Source of the DNA: Octopus vulgaris
Taxonomy: Eukaryota
Reading direction: 5' to 3'
Length of the DNA stretch: 64,000 bases
Assembly: GCA_951406725.2 (NCBI GenBank)
Contig: OX597815.1
Location: forward strand, 46,004,001 to 46,068,000
The notes below the pieces were generated by a model. The model made no database searches, was not told the DNA's origin, and saw only the letters and a program-made list of their open reading frames with translations. Shown here in pieces: positions 41,159 through 54,575 of this stretch. The stretch's first letter is position 1. Each line of letters begins with the position of its first letter. Both the position numbers and the translations under genes were made by a program.

Positions 41159-41629
41159 TGAAAACATAGTTGGAAAAAGCAAACAAGTGAAAATAGAGTG
41201 AAATAGAGTTTAAAACATGAAAGGTGCACGAAAATATGAGAAATTATCCTAATTTATTCCATGAATCTGAAAACAGGTACTCCCTTACGCCTTTGTTTAT
41301 GAAGAGAACTGATAGTAAATAACTACTGAAATCAAAAACAGTGTAGAATTTTACTTTAGCGATTAGTCTAATGTGCAACCTATGCGCTTGTCGGTGGCGT
41401 GATTAAATATTTAATGAATATTCATGGTCAAAACGGCGTGCATAGGAAATTCTCAGATTAATTGAAAGTGGATAATCTACAAGTTTTTTTGCCGTGTAAA
41501 TGTAAATAGATGTAACTGTATCTAGTTTTTCTTTTCGAACTGGGAATTTAGCGTACTGTATAAGAAGAGTATAACAAGATATATTCATATCTCTTTCAGG
41601 TTTCCACAGCGAAAGGCTTGCAAACTGCT

Positions 41630-41630
41630 G

Positions 41631-41690
<60 letters not shown>

Positions 41691-41797
41691 ATAATAATAA
41701 TAATAATAACAACAACAACAATAACAATAACAATAATAACAACAACAATAACAATAACAATAATAATAATAATAATAATGATAATAATGATAATGAT

Positions 41798-41872
<75 letters not shown>

Positions 41873-41982
41873 GTGATGGTGGTGGTGGTGGTGGTGGTGG
41901 TGGTGGTGATGGTGGTGGTGGTGGTGGTTGTGGTGATGGTGGTGATGGTGATGGTGATGATGATAATGATGATGATGATGAT
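41630..41982. repeat. Stepwise compound trinucleotide microsatellite (CTA)(ATA)(ACA)(ATG)(GTG)
   Basis: Directly visible. Confidence 0.95.
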
Positions 41983-42210
41983 GGGTCCCTGGGAACAGTA
42001 CCAGAAGGCATCAAGAGGAATATCAAGGGAATTGGAATAGAATGTCCGGTAGAACTTTTACAAAAAGTTTGCCTCCTTGGCATGACCAGAATAATCAAGA
42101 AAGTATTAGATAGCTGAAAAGAAGGAATAGCATGATACAGTAGGCTGCAGGTAGTAAGCTCGCTACGCATGCAAGACTCCAGGAGCTCCAAGAAAACCTG
42201 TGATACAGAG
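41983..42210 (+). mobile_element. R4/Dong-like non-LTR retrotransposon 3' end
   Basis: GSLGTVPEGIKRNIKGIGIECPVELLQKVCLLGMTRIIKKVLDS* (stop 42115-42117), short 3' UTR, then (TAA)n. Confidence 0.8.
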
Positions 42211-42228
42211 ATAATAATAATAATAATC

Positions 42229-42296
<68 letters not shown>

Positions 42297-42500
42297 CTTT
42301 TCTACTATAAGCACAAGGCTTGAAACTTTGAGGGAGGGGGCCAGTCGATTAGATCGACCCCAGTACCCAACGGTACTTAATTTATCGACACCGAAAGGAT
42401 AAAAGGTAAGGTCATCCTCGGCGGAATTAGAACGCAGAACATAGAGGCGGACGAAATGCCGCTAAGCGTTTCACCCGGCGTGCTAGCAATTCTACTGGCC
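42297..42500 (-). mobile_element. SINE family B
   Basis: Same motifs as other copies. Confidence 0.75.
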
Positions 42501-43052
42501 ATTCTTTACAGTGTAAAGAATGCAAATAGTGAGAGACAGAATTTGAAAATTTCATCGTTTGTTAAAAAATATATAAAAAATTTGTTTGTATCAACGAGAT
42601 TTCAGATGCAGAATTCAAGTGTTAGTATGGTTATGAGCACGTATTTTACAAGACAATTATTTTACAAGTCAGTTATAACTTACTACTTCTATAGGGTATC
42701 ATAAACCATCAAGAAACGGCAGGTGTATTTAACTACAGGTATATTAATCAACAACATGCAGGTAATTAAATCGTTAAGAATACACAAACACAGACCTTTT
42801 AAACGAACCTATTCTTATATGTGTTACTACAAACAGATAAAATCACATACACATATACACAATAAAGTTCATTATGTGTACACAGCATACTCAAAAGCAC
42901 TCAATCGCACATACCCAGTGATGTATATACGTGTATGTGAGTGTGTTAATGGGATACGAAGCTCGCTTCGCAACCACGAGGTTCCAGTTTTAATCTTACT
43001 GCACCAAATGCCTTCTGAGTGAATTTGGTAGGTTGAAACTGTGGAAGTCCAT

Positions 43053-43122
<70 letters not shown>

Positions 43123-43405
43123 GTGTATGTGTATGTGTGTGTGTGTTTGTGTTTGTGAGGTTCTTTGTGAGGTTCTTTGATTCACCTTCCCAACAACGAG
43201 AGTTAGTTTGTTTACATCCCGCTTTATTACACAGCAGTTCGACAAACGAGAACGATAGAATAAGTTCGATTCGAAAATATTTTTTTTCCTTTTGAACATA
43301 TTGGACATATTGAACTGCATTAGGTATGATTAGTGTAATTTTGGTAGTAATGACTTATGTCCCTCTTAGTGTGAGGCATTTATGTGTAATAATGCCCTCT
43401 ATACA

Positions 43406-43447
<42 letters not shown>

Positions 43448-44009
43448 AAAATGGGATTAAAAGATCCTGGCAGATATCAAGTAAGTGTTCAATAAAGGAA
43501 TAAGGTTGTTCCTGTGTTCCTGTTGTCTGCTGTTGTTGTCGCTGTCGGCCATATTGTTTTCTATTGTTTTTGTTCGTTTTTTACTATTGTTATTGTCGAC
43601 TCCTTTTGTCCTCGTTGTTCTTTCTCTATCTCTTCTTTTTCTTCTGCTTCTTTACGATGATAGTCACTATCAACATTTTGTATGCATGTGTGTGTGTGCA
43701 TCTGTGTATCTGTGAGTGTGTGTGTGTATGTGTGTGCGTGCGTGTGCGTGTGCACGTTTAAATTGTTGTTGCAGCTAATGCTGCTCTTCTTTCTATGAGT
43801 GATGACGTCAAAATTAACAACCATCATGTTGTTTATATTTCATTCAGTCACGAACAATAATTTTGTAGGTTGCATGAGCCTACAGGTTTGTCCATTGTGT
43901 TAATCAATGTCACTGCACTAATTAACTTGAATCGGTGGAGGAATTGAATCTGGGCTGACAGTATAACGCAAATATTCTATTCTTGAACCACCTACACACA
44001 CACACACAC

Positions 44010-44094
<85 letters not shown>

Positions 44095-44097
<3 letters not shown>

Positions 44098-44695
44098 ACT
44101 ACAGAAGCATTGTTGCCAACAGCGGTGATTCTCTAATAGTTTAAAAATTTAAAAACTAAAGTTATGATCTATGATGTAGTGAAAGAAAAATATCATTCGA
44201 TGACTAATAATGCTTATTTTTCTTTTTCACGTCGTCAAGGAAGAGAGATCTGGATATGCTTAAATGTGACCGAAGTTTCTCATTGGAAATCTATCCGCAC
44301 TGTAACCTATTAAAGTTTTATCGATGAAATCTTGAACAAATATAAAGAATTGAATATGTGTTGGCTTAGAGCAAGAAAATTATTTTAGAACAAATTTTTA
44401 AACATGCATATATCACATCTACATCACAGATAATTAACATTCATACTTAGGATTCTTTCTCAATTCTGTAAGATAGGCGAACGAATAATTAGATCAAGAA
44501 TGCCGGATTAGCGCCTTGTCCTTGTCTTCGATTCGCGGAGTAGTTGAAACAGGGACAACTGAAGAAGGGGAATATTCTTTATGTTGTATGCTTCGTTTCT
44601 CTGTTTTTTTCGTTGTTCGAAAAAAAATTCGTTTCTATGTTTTCGTTTCTCATTGTGTTCAAAGTTTTGTTGATGTCCTGTACTCATATATGCAT
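44095..44695 (+). repeat. Interspersed repeat copy 1 (second copy 51805-52288)
   Basis: ~490 bp highly similar to 51805-52288; both start immediately after (CA)n at tcctac. Confidence 0.85.
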
Positions 44696-44815
44696 GTATA
44701 TATAAATATATATGTAGGTATGTACATATATGTATACATATATTTATATATTATTTATATTATATGATATTATATTATATTATATTATATTATATTATAT
44801 TATATTATATTATAT

Positions 44816-44883
<68 letters not shown>

Positions 44884-45607
44884 TTAATCACAGAAAGTAA
44901 TCGCTGAGAGAAATCACAGAGGCTGAATAGAAATAGGAGATTGGGTGGGAGAAACAAATCGATGTCTAATGAGAATAAAAGTTGAAGAAATGAACGAGAA
45001 GTACTGAGTGTTGAAACATCAACCGAACAGTGATGAAATTATAAATTATTGGGTGAGAGAAGGGGAATTGTGATAAAAGGGAGTTAGAGAGAGAGAGAGA
45101 GAGAAAGGAAGAGAGGGTAAGAGGGGGAATGAAAGAAAGGTAGTAAAGAATAACAAGACAGGGAAAAATATAGAGGATCTCAAAATAAGGGCAACAAAAT
45201 ATTGGGAAAATATTATGTATAAACGAAAATATAAGGCAAGCGAATGGAAAAAATAATCGTACGCAGACAGGGCAACAAGGGGAGATAAATGAAAGATAAA
45301 GTAGTGAAAATAAAAACGGCGAATTATAGAAAATGAAACGTAGACCTAGAGTAGTTGAATGATATTCTTCTTTTCTTCTTTTTTATATTTTAATGTAAAA
45401 GATGTTCTGTTTGCTAGTTATCCTATCCATTGTACTTCATATACTAGATACAGCCTTGCAAAACATATTTTAGTAGTAAAAAGCTCTTGATACTGACTAG
45501 TAACATTGACTGATTAGTTATCGAACCAGTGGCAGTGTCTCTACATAGCACCACGCCTTTTTAGGTATAGCATATATTCTATTCTAAACAATTTCGTTTT
45601 GAATGTT

Positions 45608-46120
45608 ATCTTTTATCTTTTATGTGTTTCAGTCATTAGACTGTGGCTATGCTGGGGCACCGCTTTCAAGAATGTTTAGTCGAATGAATCGACATCAGTA
45701 CTTATATTTTAAGCGTGGTACCTATAATATCGCTCTCTTTTAGTGAATCGCTAAATTGTCTGGACGTAAACACACCGACACTAGTTGTCAAGCAGTAGTG
45801 GGATCCTCTCCCCCATCCCCGATATATATATATATATATCACCGTGACCGATCAGGCTATCAGATGTTGCTACACATCGCTGGTCACAATACCTTCAAAT
45901 AACGCCACCCCGCTGGCTAAGCGAGCAGACCAACAGAAGAAAGAGTGAGAGAAAGTTGTGGCGAAAGAGTACAGCAGGGATCGCCACCATCCCCTGCTGG
46001 AGCTTCGTGGCACGTTAAGTGTTTTCGCACAATAAACACTCACAAAGCTCGGTCTAGGAATCGAAACCGCGATCCTCCAACCGCGAGTCCACTGCCCTAA
46101 CCACTGGGCCATTGCGCCTC

Positions 46121-46175
<55 letters not shown>

Positions 46176-46336
46176 GACAAGCTGCTTTTACTTTTCGTCG
46201 ACCAAATCCACTCACAAAGGCTTAAGTTGGCCCCAGGGTATAGAAGAAGACACTTGTGTAAGGTACCACGCAGTGGGACTGAGCCTGGAACAATGTGGTT
46301 GGAGAATAGGCTTCTTACCTCAGAGCCACGCCTGCA
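45608..46336 (-). mobile_element. SINE family A interrupted by a family C SINE
   Basis: Tail at 45608-45800 and head at 46165-46336. Confidence 0.75.
45839..46121 (-). mobile_element. tRNA-derived SINE family C (possibly octopus OR-type)
   Basis: Head ggaggcgcaatggcccagtggttagggcag.ggactcgcgg..ggtttcgattcc (box A/B). Same head at 62180; same tail at 58572-58690. Confidence 0.85.
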
Positions 46337-46540
46337 CCTATGTTATGTTAATATTTAAAAAATTCTTTCATTAAAAAAATTATATCATATGGAGTAAAAG
46401 CGACATACATACATACATACATACATACATACATACATACATACATACATACATACATACATACATACATACATACATACATACATACATACATACATAC
46501 ATACATACATACATACATACATACATACATACATACATAC

Positions 46541-46839
46541 ATAACAGAAAGGAGAAAGCTGATTCGAACACTACAGCCATCACTGGTACTGCAAAAAATC
46601 TTTAAAATTTTCCAGAAGTTTATCATTTAAGTATATATGAACATGTCCAGATATGCGAGTATATGCATGAGAATACATACATAAAACAAAACATACAAAT
46701 CTGCACATATATATACATACACGCATTCAAAAATACCCTGTTAATGTTGTTGAAATTCCAATGAAGGAGCCTTGGATCTAGGTTAGAAGTCGGCTCTTTC
46801 TCTAGTGGCAAGAAATCTTGAAATAAAACTGAATAATGA
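46541..46839 (+). mobile_element. R4-like retrotransposon 3' end within (TACA)n/(TACC)n
   Basis: RRKLIRTLQ..ITGT.KIFKIFQKFII* is homologous to the end of 47013-47336. Confidence 0.65.
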
Positions 46840-47012
46840 CCTACCTACCTACCTACCTACCTACCTACCTACCTACCTACCTACCTACCTACCTACCTAC
46901 CTACCTACCTACCTACCTACCTACCTACATACCTGCCTACCTACCTACCTACCTACCTACCTACCTACCTACCTACATACATACATACATACATACATAC
47001 ATACATACATAC

Positions 47013-47440
47013 ATTTGGGACAGAGGAGCGAATGTATGTACCATCATAAAGGTTAGCTGCCCCGCAGATATAAATATCTCTTGGAAAATCAAAGAAAAAG
47101 AGGATATCGAAGGACAACTGCTTCGAAACCTCCAGCTTCTATATCTAGACTATGAATTCGTATTCATACCAATAATAATTGGAGCACTAGGTTTTGTTAG
47201 TAAATGCTTAAAGGAGAATCTGGATTAACTGGAATTTTCAGAAAGAAAAATTGACCGGCTGATTCGTACGTTACAAGTGCAATCTATGAGTGGAACAGTA
47301 AAAATATGCAAGACTTTTCTCAAGTTCCAAATGTGAATTTGTCTGTGTTAACTACATCCCAAAGATGGAGCCTGGTATCTTTGTTGGAAACCGGTTCCCT
47401 CCTCAGTGGAAGATTTATGATGATTAAAAAGTAGAAGAGA
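47013..47440 (+). mobile_element. R4-like retrotransposon, restriction-like endonuclease C-terminus
   Basis: IWDRGANVCTIIKVSCPADINISWKIKEKED..LLRNLQLLY..FIPIIIGALGFV..RLIRTLQVQSMSGTVKICKTFLKFQM*; one internal stop; (TACA)n flanks. Confidence 0.82.
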
Positions 47441-47785
47441 CATACATATATATACATACATGCTTAAGAAATAACAGTGTAGTGCTACACGTATTTTACT
47501 TCAACCATTTCCTGTCCATTATCATTCTGTTCTTCTCATTATCGCTTTTATGTTTTCGTGCATTCGATGTTGTCTTTCCATCAATTATTCTGTCTGCCCC
47601 CATCCCAACCCGACGCAATTCTCAACGCTTCTCAAGCAACACACACCGTAGACTTCAATTTTGCTTAAGTGGTCTGCTCATCTTCACTTTGTTTTTCCTA
47701 TTTCTTGAAGTATATCTCTAACTCCAGCCTTCTTATCTTTTTGTCTGTGCACGTGTGTGTGTGTTTGTGAGCTGAGCTTATCTAA

Positions 47786-47891
<106 letters not shown>

Positions 47892-48247
47892 CTCTCTCTC
47901 TATCTTTCTCTCTCCCTCTCTCTCTCTACACACACATTCACACACACACACATACATATTGCTCTTTACCAAGAATAGTATTGACAGTGACTTTGATGTT
48001 TCGGCCAAATGCCCATCACACACACACATACACGCACACACACACACACATATACACACACATATCATTATATTTTGGAATGGTCATTTTTTCAATTAAA
48101 CACCCGCACTATTTATTTGATCTTCATTTTATCTTTATTATAATTAATTTATTTGCCAGAAAGTTCTTGCACATTCTGTGACCTCTTCAACGACTTTCTG
48201 TCCCTTGTATCGCTTTTTCTGTCTATTCCATTTTGTGCTTCTCACTG

Positions 48248-48384
<137 letters not shown>

Positions 48385-48660
48385 CTTAGCTTCGCATTCA
48401 TATTTTAATTCTGACTTATCTGTCCTTTCATTTATTCGATTTCATTCATTTATACAGGCGGTATTTTTTTCCTGTTTTTGGATAGACACATTCCGCTTCT
48501 TCTTACATATTCTGTACATATTTCTTACTTCTCTGATTTCTATATATTTCTTGGAATGAATATTTGTGTATTCATTCCCTCCCTCTTTCATAATACTTTC
48601 AGCTTTCGCTTGTTTCCGATTTTCTCTCTCAGTTTCTATATAATCATTCAAGCGTTCATT

Positions 48661-48742
<82 letters not shown>

Positions 48743-48949
48743 CTTCTCTCAGTTACATATTTCATTTTCATCCATTTATACTACCGGTCTTTCATTCATA
48801 CAAATCTCTATATTTTCATGTCATTTCTTTTTCTTTATTTATATTTATAAATGCACTGTTTCATTATTTTGATTTCTTGCTTTTACATTCCTTTCCATTT
48901 TCCATTCATTTATATTACAATTGTTTCGTTCATTTATAATTTTATTTGT

Positions 48950-49345
48950 CTTGTCTATAGCCTCGGGTTGACCAAAGCCTTGTGAGTAGATTTGGTAGAC
49001 GGAAATTGAAAGAAGTCCGTCGTATACACATGTATATATGTGTGTGTGTGTGTGTGTGTGATGTGTGTGTGTGTCTATGTGCGCGTTCGTGGATGTGTGT
49101 GTGTGCGTATGTGTGTGTGTGCGTATGTGTGTGTATGTCTGTGTGTACTTGCTCCCCACCACAGCTTGACAATAGGTGCTGTTTTGTTTACGTCCCTGTA
49201 AACTAGTGGTTCACCCAAAGATTCCGAAAGAATAAGTACCAGGCTGTAAAAAGAACAAGTACTGGGGGCGATTCATTCGACTTGAAGAACTTCAAGGCGG
49301 TACCCCAGAATGGCCGCAGGCTAATAAGTGAAGCAAGTAAAATAC
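48950..49345 (+). mobile_element. SINE family A (5'-truncated), followed by an inverted head at ~49355-49497
   Basis: ctatagcctcggg..gaccaaagccttgtgagt.gatttggtagacggaaa. Confidence 0.8.
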
Positions 49346-49705
49346 AAATATATATACACACGACGGTCTTCTTTCAATTTCTCTCAACCAAATCCAAAGT
49401 TGTGGTCAGCCGAAGCAATAGTAAAAGACACGCTGTGGGAGGGAACCTGGAACCATGTAGTTGGGAAGCAAACGTTTTACTACACAGCAACGCCTGCATC
49501 TGTCTACTTCATCTATTTTTTTTTTCATTTCTTTCCATTTTTCAGTTACATATTCTGTCTTCCGTTATTTCATACTCTGCTCTGATTTTACAAGTTTTTC
49601 TATTTCCTTCATGTTCTGTTTTATATTTATATATTCATTAAAATCATTGTTTTGCGTTTCTATCTCGGCTTATCTTTCCTTCTTTCATCCAATTTTATTA
49701 ATTTA

Positions 49706-50804
49706 CTAGCACTATCACCCGGTGTTGCTTGGGTTTGTTTCGACCTTTTAGAATTGGAATTTTTGAAAAGTAAAAAATTTGCATTATGCAGCTTGTTATT
49801 CTCTTCAAGTGAACATTTTTCCAGTTGAAATACACCGAAAAACGGTGACACAGCAGTCAAAAATTGTAAAAAATAGGGATTTTCATAGAAAAAAAGCACC
49901 TTTTTGATGTAAATAATTTTTGGTATTAACATGGTCCGATTTGAATTTTATCTTCTACAGAATGAAGAGCAAGCCTTCTTCTATCATACTCTCAATTTTA
50001 GTCAACTTGCGCTGCAGGGTCTCGAAGGAGATAGTGTTAGTTGAAGGCTACCAAACCTGCCACACACAGACAACTTCAGCTTTATATATATATAGATTTG
50101 CTACACACTACTTTCCATCCTTAATAATGAAACTTGGTAGATCCAAAAGTTAAATCACAGACACACACACAGACACACAAGTTGAGTTTTATATATATAG
50201 ATTTCTCAACGGGGATTTCAGGGGAGAGTTTCAGGGAGTCGCTGGCGATGTATCGTGATGATCAAAAATCCGGCCTGCTAAAATTTGGTTAAAGTGATTC
50301 AAACTGCAGACTCAACGCAAAATGGTCACATTTAATTCAAAGCGTTAAAAATGTTATGAAAACAATTGGTATGTGTTCACAAAGTCCAAATGATTAATAC
50401 GAAAAAACCCTCTAGGCTACATCCCGAAAATTCATTTCTTTGCCGAATTTCTACAATGTTTACGGCGATTCGTTTTTGTAGCTTGATGTTTTATTTTTCA
50501 TGCAATTTACGCATGCTTGCACGCGTGGTGAACACAGTTCACGTTAAACAGCTGACTGAGTAAAGTTCACTATTCAAAGCATATTATAAGGCCTAAACAA
50601 ACACATTATCGATTTTTGCACTTGCGAGATGAATTTCGGAACAGAAATAGCGCAGTTCAATTTTCATTCGCCTAAACTTTAAGTGACCTAGTTTTGGTGG
50701 TTCTACGATTTGTTGGCTAGGAGGAGATGTGCCGGGAAGTTAAACACACAGGCACACACACAGATACACACACATACACACAAGTTGAGTGTTATATATA
50801 TAGA
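49706..50804 (-). mobile_element. Composite non-autonomous Helitron(s): one 3' end, three 5' ends
   Basis: Minus-strand 3' hairpin cccaagcaacaccggg + CTAG|T at 49706; A|TCtatatatata 5' termini at 50096, 50201 and 50804. Confidence 0.7.
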
Positions 50805-50847
50805 TATAAAGACAAGCACGAACACCCATGCTATATATAAATATATA

Positions 50848-51701
50848 CAGGGTCCGGTGAATATATTGACGTCTAAATTACGCAAAAATGAAAATTACAC
50901 TTACATGTCATTTTAACAGATATATTTAACAGATATAAGTTACATCAAAATATCTTGATATACTAAAGAGTAAATTCATTCAATAAAATCACCGTTGGCT
51001 TCAACCACGGCCTCTAGACGACCTCGGAATCTCCTGCAACTCTTCTGGATGGTCCCCTTGTTTAAATTCGTGAATACTGCCATAATTCTTACCTTCAGTT
51101 CATCTTTGGTGTTACAAGGAGTTTTGTTGGTCTCTCGCTCAACTGCCCTCTACACATAATAATCAAGTGGGTTGCAATCTAGGGAGTTAGGTGGCCAGGG
51201 GTGATGTGGTCGGAGAAATTGTCTGATAGCCATGACTGGGTTCTCCTGCTTGTGTAGCATGGTGCAGAGTCCTGTTGCTAGACATAGGGTCTTCCAGCAG
51301 CCACCCCGTTGACCCATGGCATCACTATCTCCCCCAGGAACTTGATGTAGGCCTCCGTGTTGAGTCTGAGGCCGTGTGGGAAAACGAATAGAGACATAAC
51401 GTCATCATCAAGTGATCAATCCAAATAACATGGTGTTGATTGGATGTTTGATTTTTATCATTCTCGGTACATATCCACAGACGGACACCCAAACTCTCTG
51501 AAATGTTCGTATTGTAGCTTCCGGTGCGAATGCCATGTCACACAGCATGTCTTTCCAAAACTTCTGGTGTCATGGTACTGTTTTCTCACAGACGGTGCCC
51601 GACTGGCCCTACTATACTGTGTAGTCGACAAAATTAAAATGAAACTATGCGCATGTGCAAAATCAAAAATATAAAATGGCGACAATTTACACATCGCACC
51701 C

Positions 51702-51703
<2 letters not shown>
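50848..51703 (-). mobile_element. Tc1/mariner (maT/DD37D-like) transposon, deleted, TIRs + TA TSD
   Basis: TA-cagggtccggtgaatatattgacg / cgacaatttacacatcgcaccccg-TA. WPPNSLDCNPLDYYV*RAVERETNKTPCNTKDELK..CRRFRGRLEAVVEANGDFIE; QQDSAPCYT. Confidence 0.9.
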
Positions 51704-51746
<43 letters not shown>

Positions 51747-51804
51747 ACACGCACACACGCACACACACACACGCACGCACACACACACATACACACACAC
51801 ACAC

Positions 51805-52288
51805 TCCTACCGCTGAAGCATTGCTGCCAACAGCAGTGATCCTCTAATAGTTTAAAAATTTAAAAACTAAAATTATGATCAATAATGTAGTGAAAGAAAA
51901 ATAATATCATTCGATGACTAATAATGCTTAATTTTCTTTTTCACGTCGTCAAGGAAGAGAGATAACTCTGGATATGTTTAAATGTAACCGGAGTTTCTCA
52001 TTGGAAATCTATCCGCACTGTAACCTATTAAAGTTTTAGCGATGAAATCTTGAACAAATATAAAGAATTGAATATATGTTGGCTTAGAGCAAGAAAATAA
52101 TTTTAGAAATAATTTTTAAACATGCATATATTACATCTACATCATAGAAAATTTACATTCCTATTTAGGATTCTTTCTGAATTCTGTAAGATAGGCAAAC
52201 GAATGATTAGATCAAGAATGCCGGATTAGCATCTTGTCCTTGAAGTAGAGTAGTTGAAACAGGGACAACTGAAGAAGGGGAATATTCT
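51805..52288 (+). repeat. Interspersed repeat copy 2
   Basis: Matches 44095-44580. Confidence 0.85.
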
Positions 52289-53467
52289 AAGAAAAAGTTT
52301 AAAATAATAGCCATTACATATAATTTCTTTATGCAAAAATGTCGTAAGTCCAAAGCATTGCTTTTTCAGAAAACGAAAAATTTTGTTTCACTATCCCATA
52401 GCAAAACCTTCGTACATCACTTTGATAATTTTTGGTATCTTGGCATCTGAAGCAGTTAGAGATACGATAGTTTGACCAAAAGAACCGGCTATTGCAAACA
52501 AAAATGAATATTGAAAAAATAAAAAAAAACACATCTGGCCAAATTTCGACATACGACAGTTTAATATAATAGCAACGATATGTATTTGTGTAGGATGTAA
52601 AAACGCTAGTGTTGCTGTGTTTACGTCCACATAACTTATCGGTTCGGCGAAATAAATCGATAGAATAAGTACCAGACTTTAAAAAAAACACTCACACGCA
52701 CATACACAAAACTCCATAGCACATTTTTATTTCCATGCATACTCATCTATATATACTTATATAGAATTCTTTCACTCTGTCATAGAATTCTTTCACGTCT
52801 CTACATGTGTTTCGTCTCTCCATTCGTTTCGTTTTTGTTCTTATCATCAGGTCATAAACTTTGTATATTCATTCTTTCAAAATATTTACTTTGTTCTAAT
52901 ATCTGTAGTTCTCGTTTCATATTCATTTTTTCCTGTCATTCACTCTGTCCTTCATTCAAATCTCTTTCTACATTTATGTTTTTTTTTATCTTTTCGTTCA
53001 GATCCCTTCTATTATTCACCATTTTCATTGTTTCAAATTTCTTTTCATCTTTCCATGTCTTTTAAGTTCCTCGTCGTTTCATCCATTTATATAGTAAATA
53101 TTTTGTTGTTTATTTTTGTCTTTACTTGACTTTCATTTCTTTTGTTCGTCATTTAAACATTCATCTATTAGCGGTTTCGTCCTTTTTGATTTATCACTAT
53201 ATTTTCTGTTTTTATTTCTTTCATTTATTTTCATGTATATATTTATATACTCACTCTTTCGTACCTTACTTTTCCATTCTGTTTTTAACACAGTTAAATT
53301 TTGATTTATATAATTTCTTATTTGTGTGTGTGTGTTCGTTCCTGGTCCATTATTTTACTATTGAAATAAATAATTAATATTCTGCCATCAAATATGGTTA
53401 TATATATTCCAAAAATATAGAAATAACAGAGAAATGTTTCAAAAGTTTGAAATACAATATAGATTAC

Positions 53468-53502
<35 letters not shown>

Positions 53503-53628
53503 TGTATGTATGTATGTATGTATGTATGTATGTATGTATATTTATATGTATGTATATATATTATTATTAATGCTTTCAGACAGTTTTTCTAAATCAGTGA
53601 CAGTGGTTGCTGGGAAAAACATTAAATA

Positions 53629-53762
53629 GATATTCGCAAACAGGTCTCCCCAATCGAAAATCGGTGATTACCGTACGTTGACGAGCGGCAAATAGCTCGA
53701 AACTATAGTCCGTATGTATCACTTAGGTTTTCGAGAGGGGATGACCTCCCTTTGCGAATATC
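53629..53762 (+). ncRNA. Long rod-like hairpin capped by a degenerate hammerhead (53674-53714)
   Basis: Paired blocks gatattcgcaaa/tttgcgaatatc, aggtc/gacct, tcccc/gggga, tcgaaaa/ttttcga, ggtgat/atcact, tacg/cgta. Core ttgacGAGC-ggcaaata-GCTC-GAAA-CTATAG-TC. Confidence 0.75.
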
Positions 53763-54350
53763 AGAAGGACACAGACAGTGTGTCTAAAGCCAGCTGGAGA
53801 CGATGATCTCCTGGGGCTATAAGCTTCAGTAACACCCACCCCCAGTGGCTAGCCACATTCAGATGGCTAGTACACTTTACGTTATGTATATATATATATA
53901 TATACATATGAGTGCATGTATGTAGATACAGGCATACACACACACACACACGCACGCACGCACATAGTAAGGACACAAATGGATTTAAGTTTCACTTCAG
54001 ATGCGTTCTTTTTTTATGAATAATTTGATTACATTATGAAAAAATCGTGAATTAAAACAGAAAATTTAATTCGGAGAAGAAATACCCCAAGATGTGCGCT
54101 GACCTACCCATTCAGACATTATTGAAGAGAGTGAAATCATACCAAAGGTTAGCCTGCTAAAATGTCAGAGGACAATGTGTCAAAACAATCACTGGACAAT
54201 GCCACAATTAATTTATTTCTTTAAGTGACACTAATCTTAAATTTCGTACATATACTCCCGAACTGCTAAGCTACGGAAATGTAAACAAAACCACAGCGGT
54301 GGGGACGGACAAACACTGGAAAGAGACAGCGAGGGATATAATGGCATATA

Positions 54351-54575
54351 TCAGGTCATCCCATAAGTTCTGTCCGATTTTACCTTTTTTTAAAATTGAA
54401 TGAAATTTAACAGTATTTTAGAATGTCTAATGGAATTAAAAATTATTTTTATGCATTTGTGTACATTTAAATTAATTAAATATTATTTTACAGAATAATA
54501 GAATTAAAATTTCTTTGATTAAAACCCTTTTCTAACATGGAAGTATCCAAAGAGCATTTAAGGCACATAATGCTC
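54351..54575 (+). mobile_element. 5' end of mariner (same family as 22256-23370), truncated at an L1/Tx1 fragment
   Basis: TA-tcaggtcatcccataagttctgtccga...MEVSKEHLRHIML. Confidence 0.9.
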
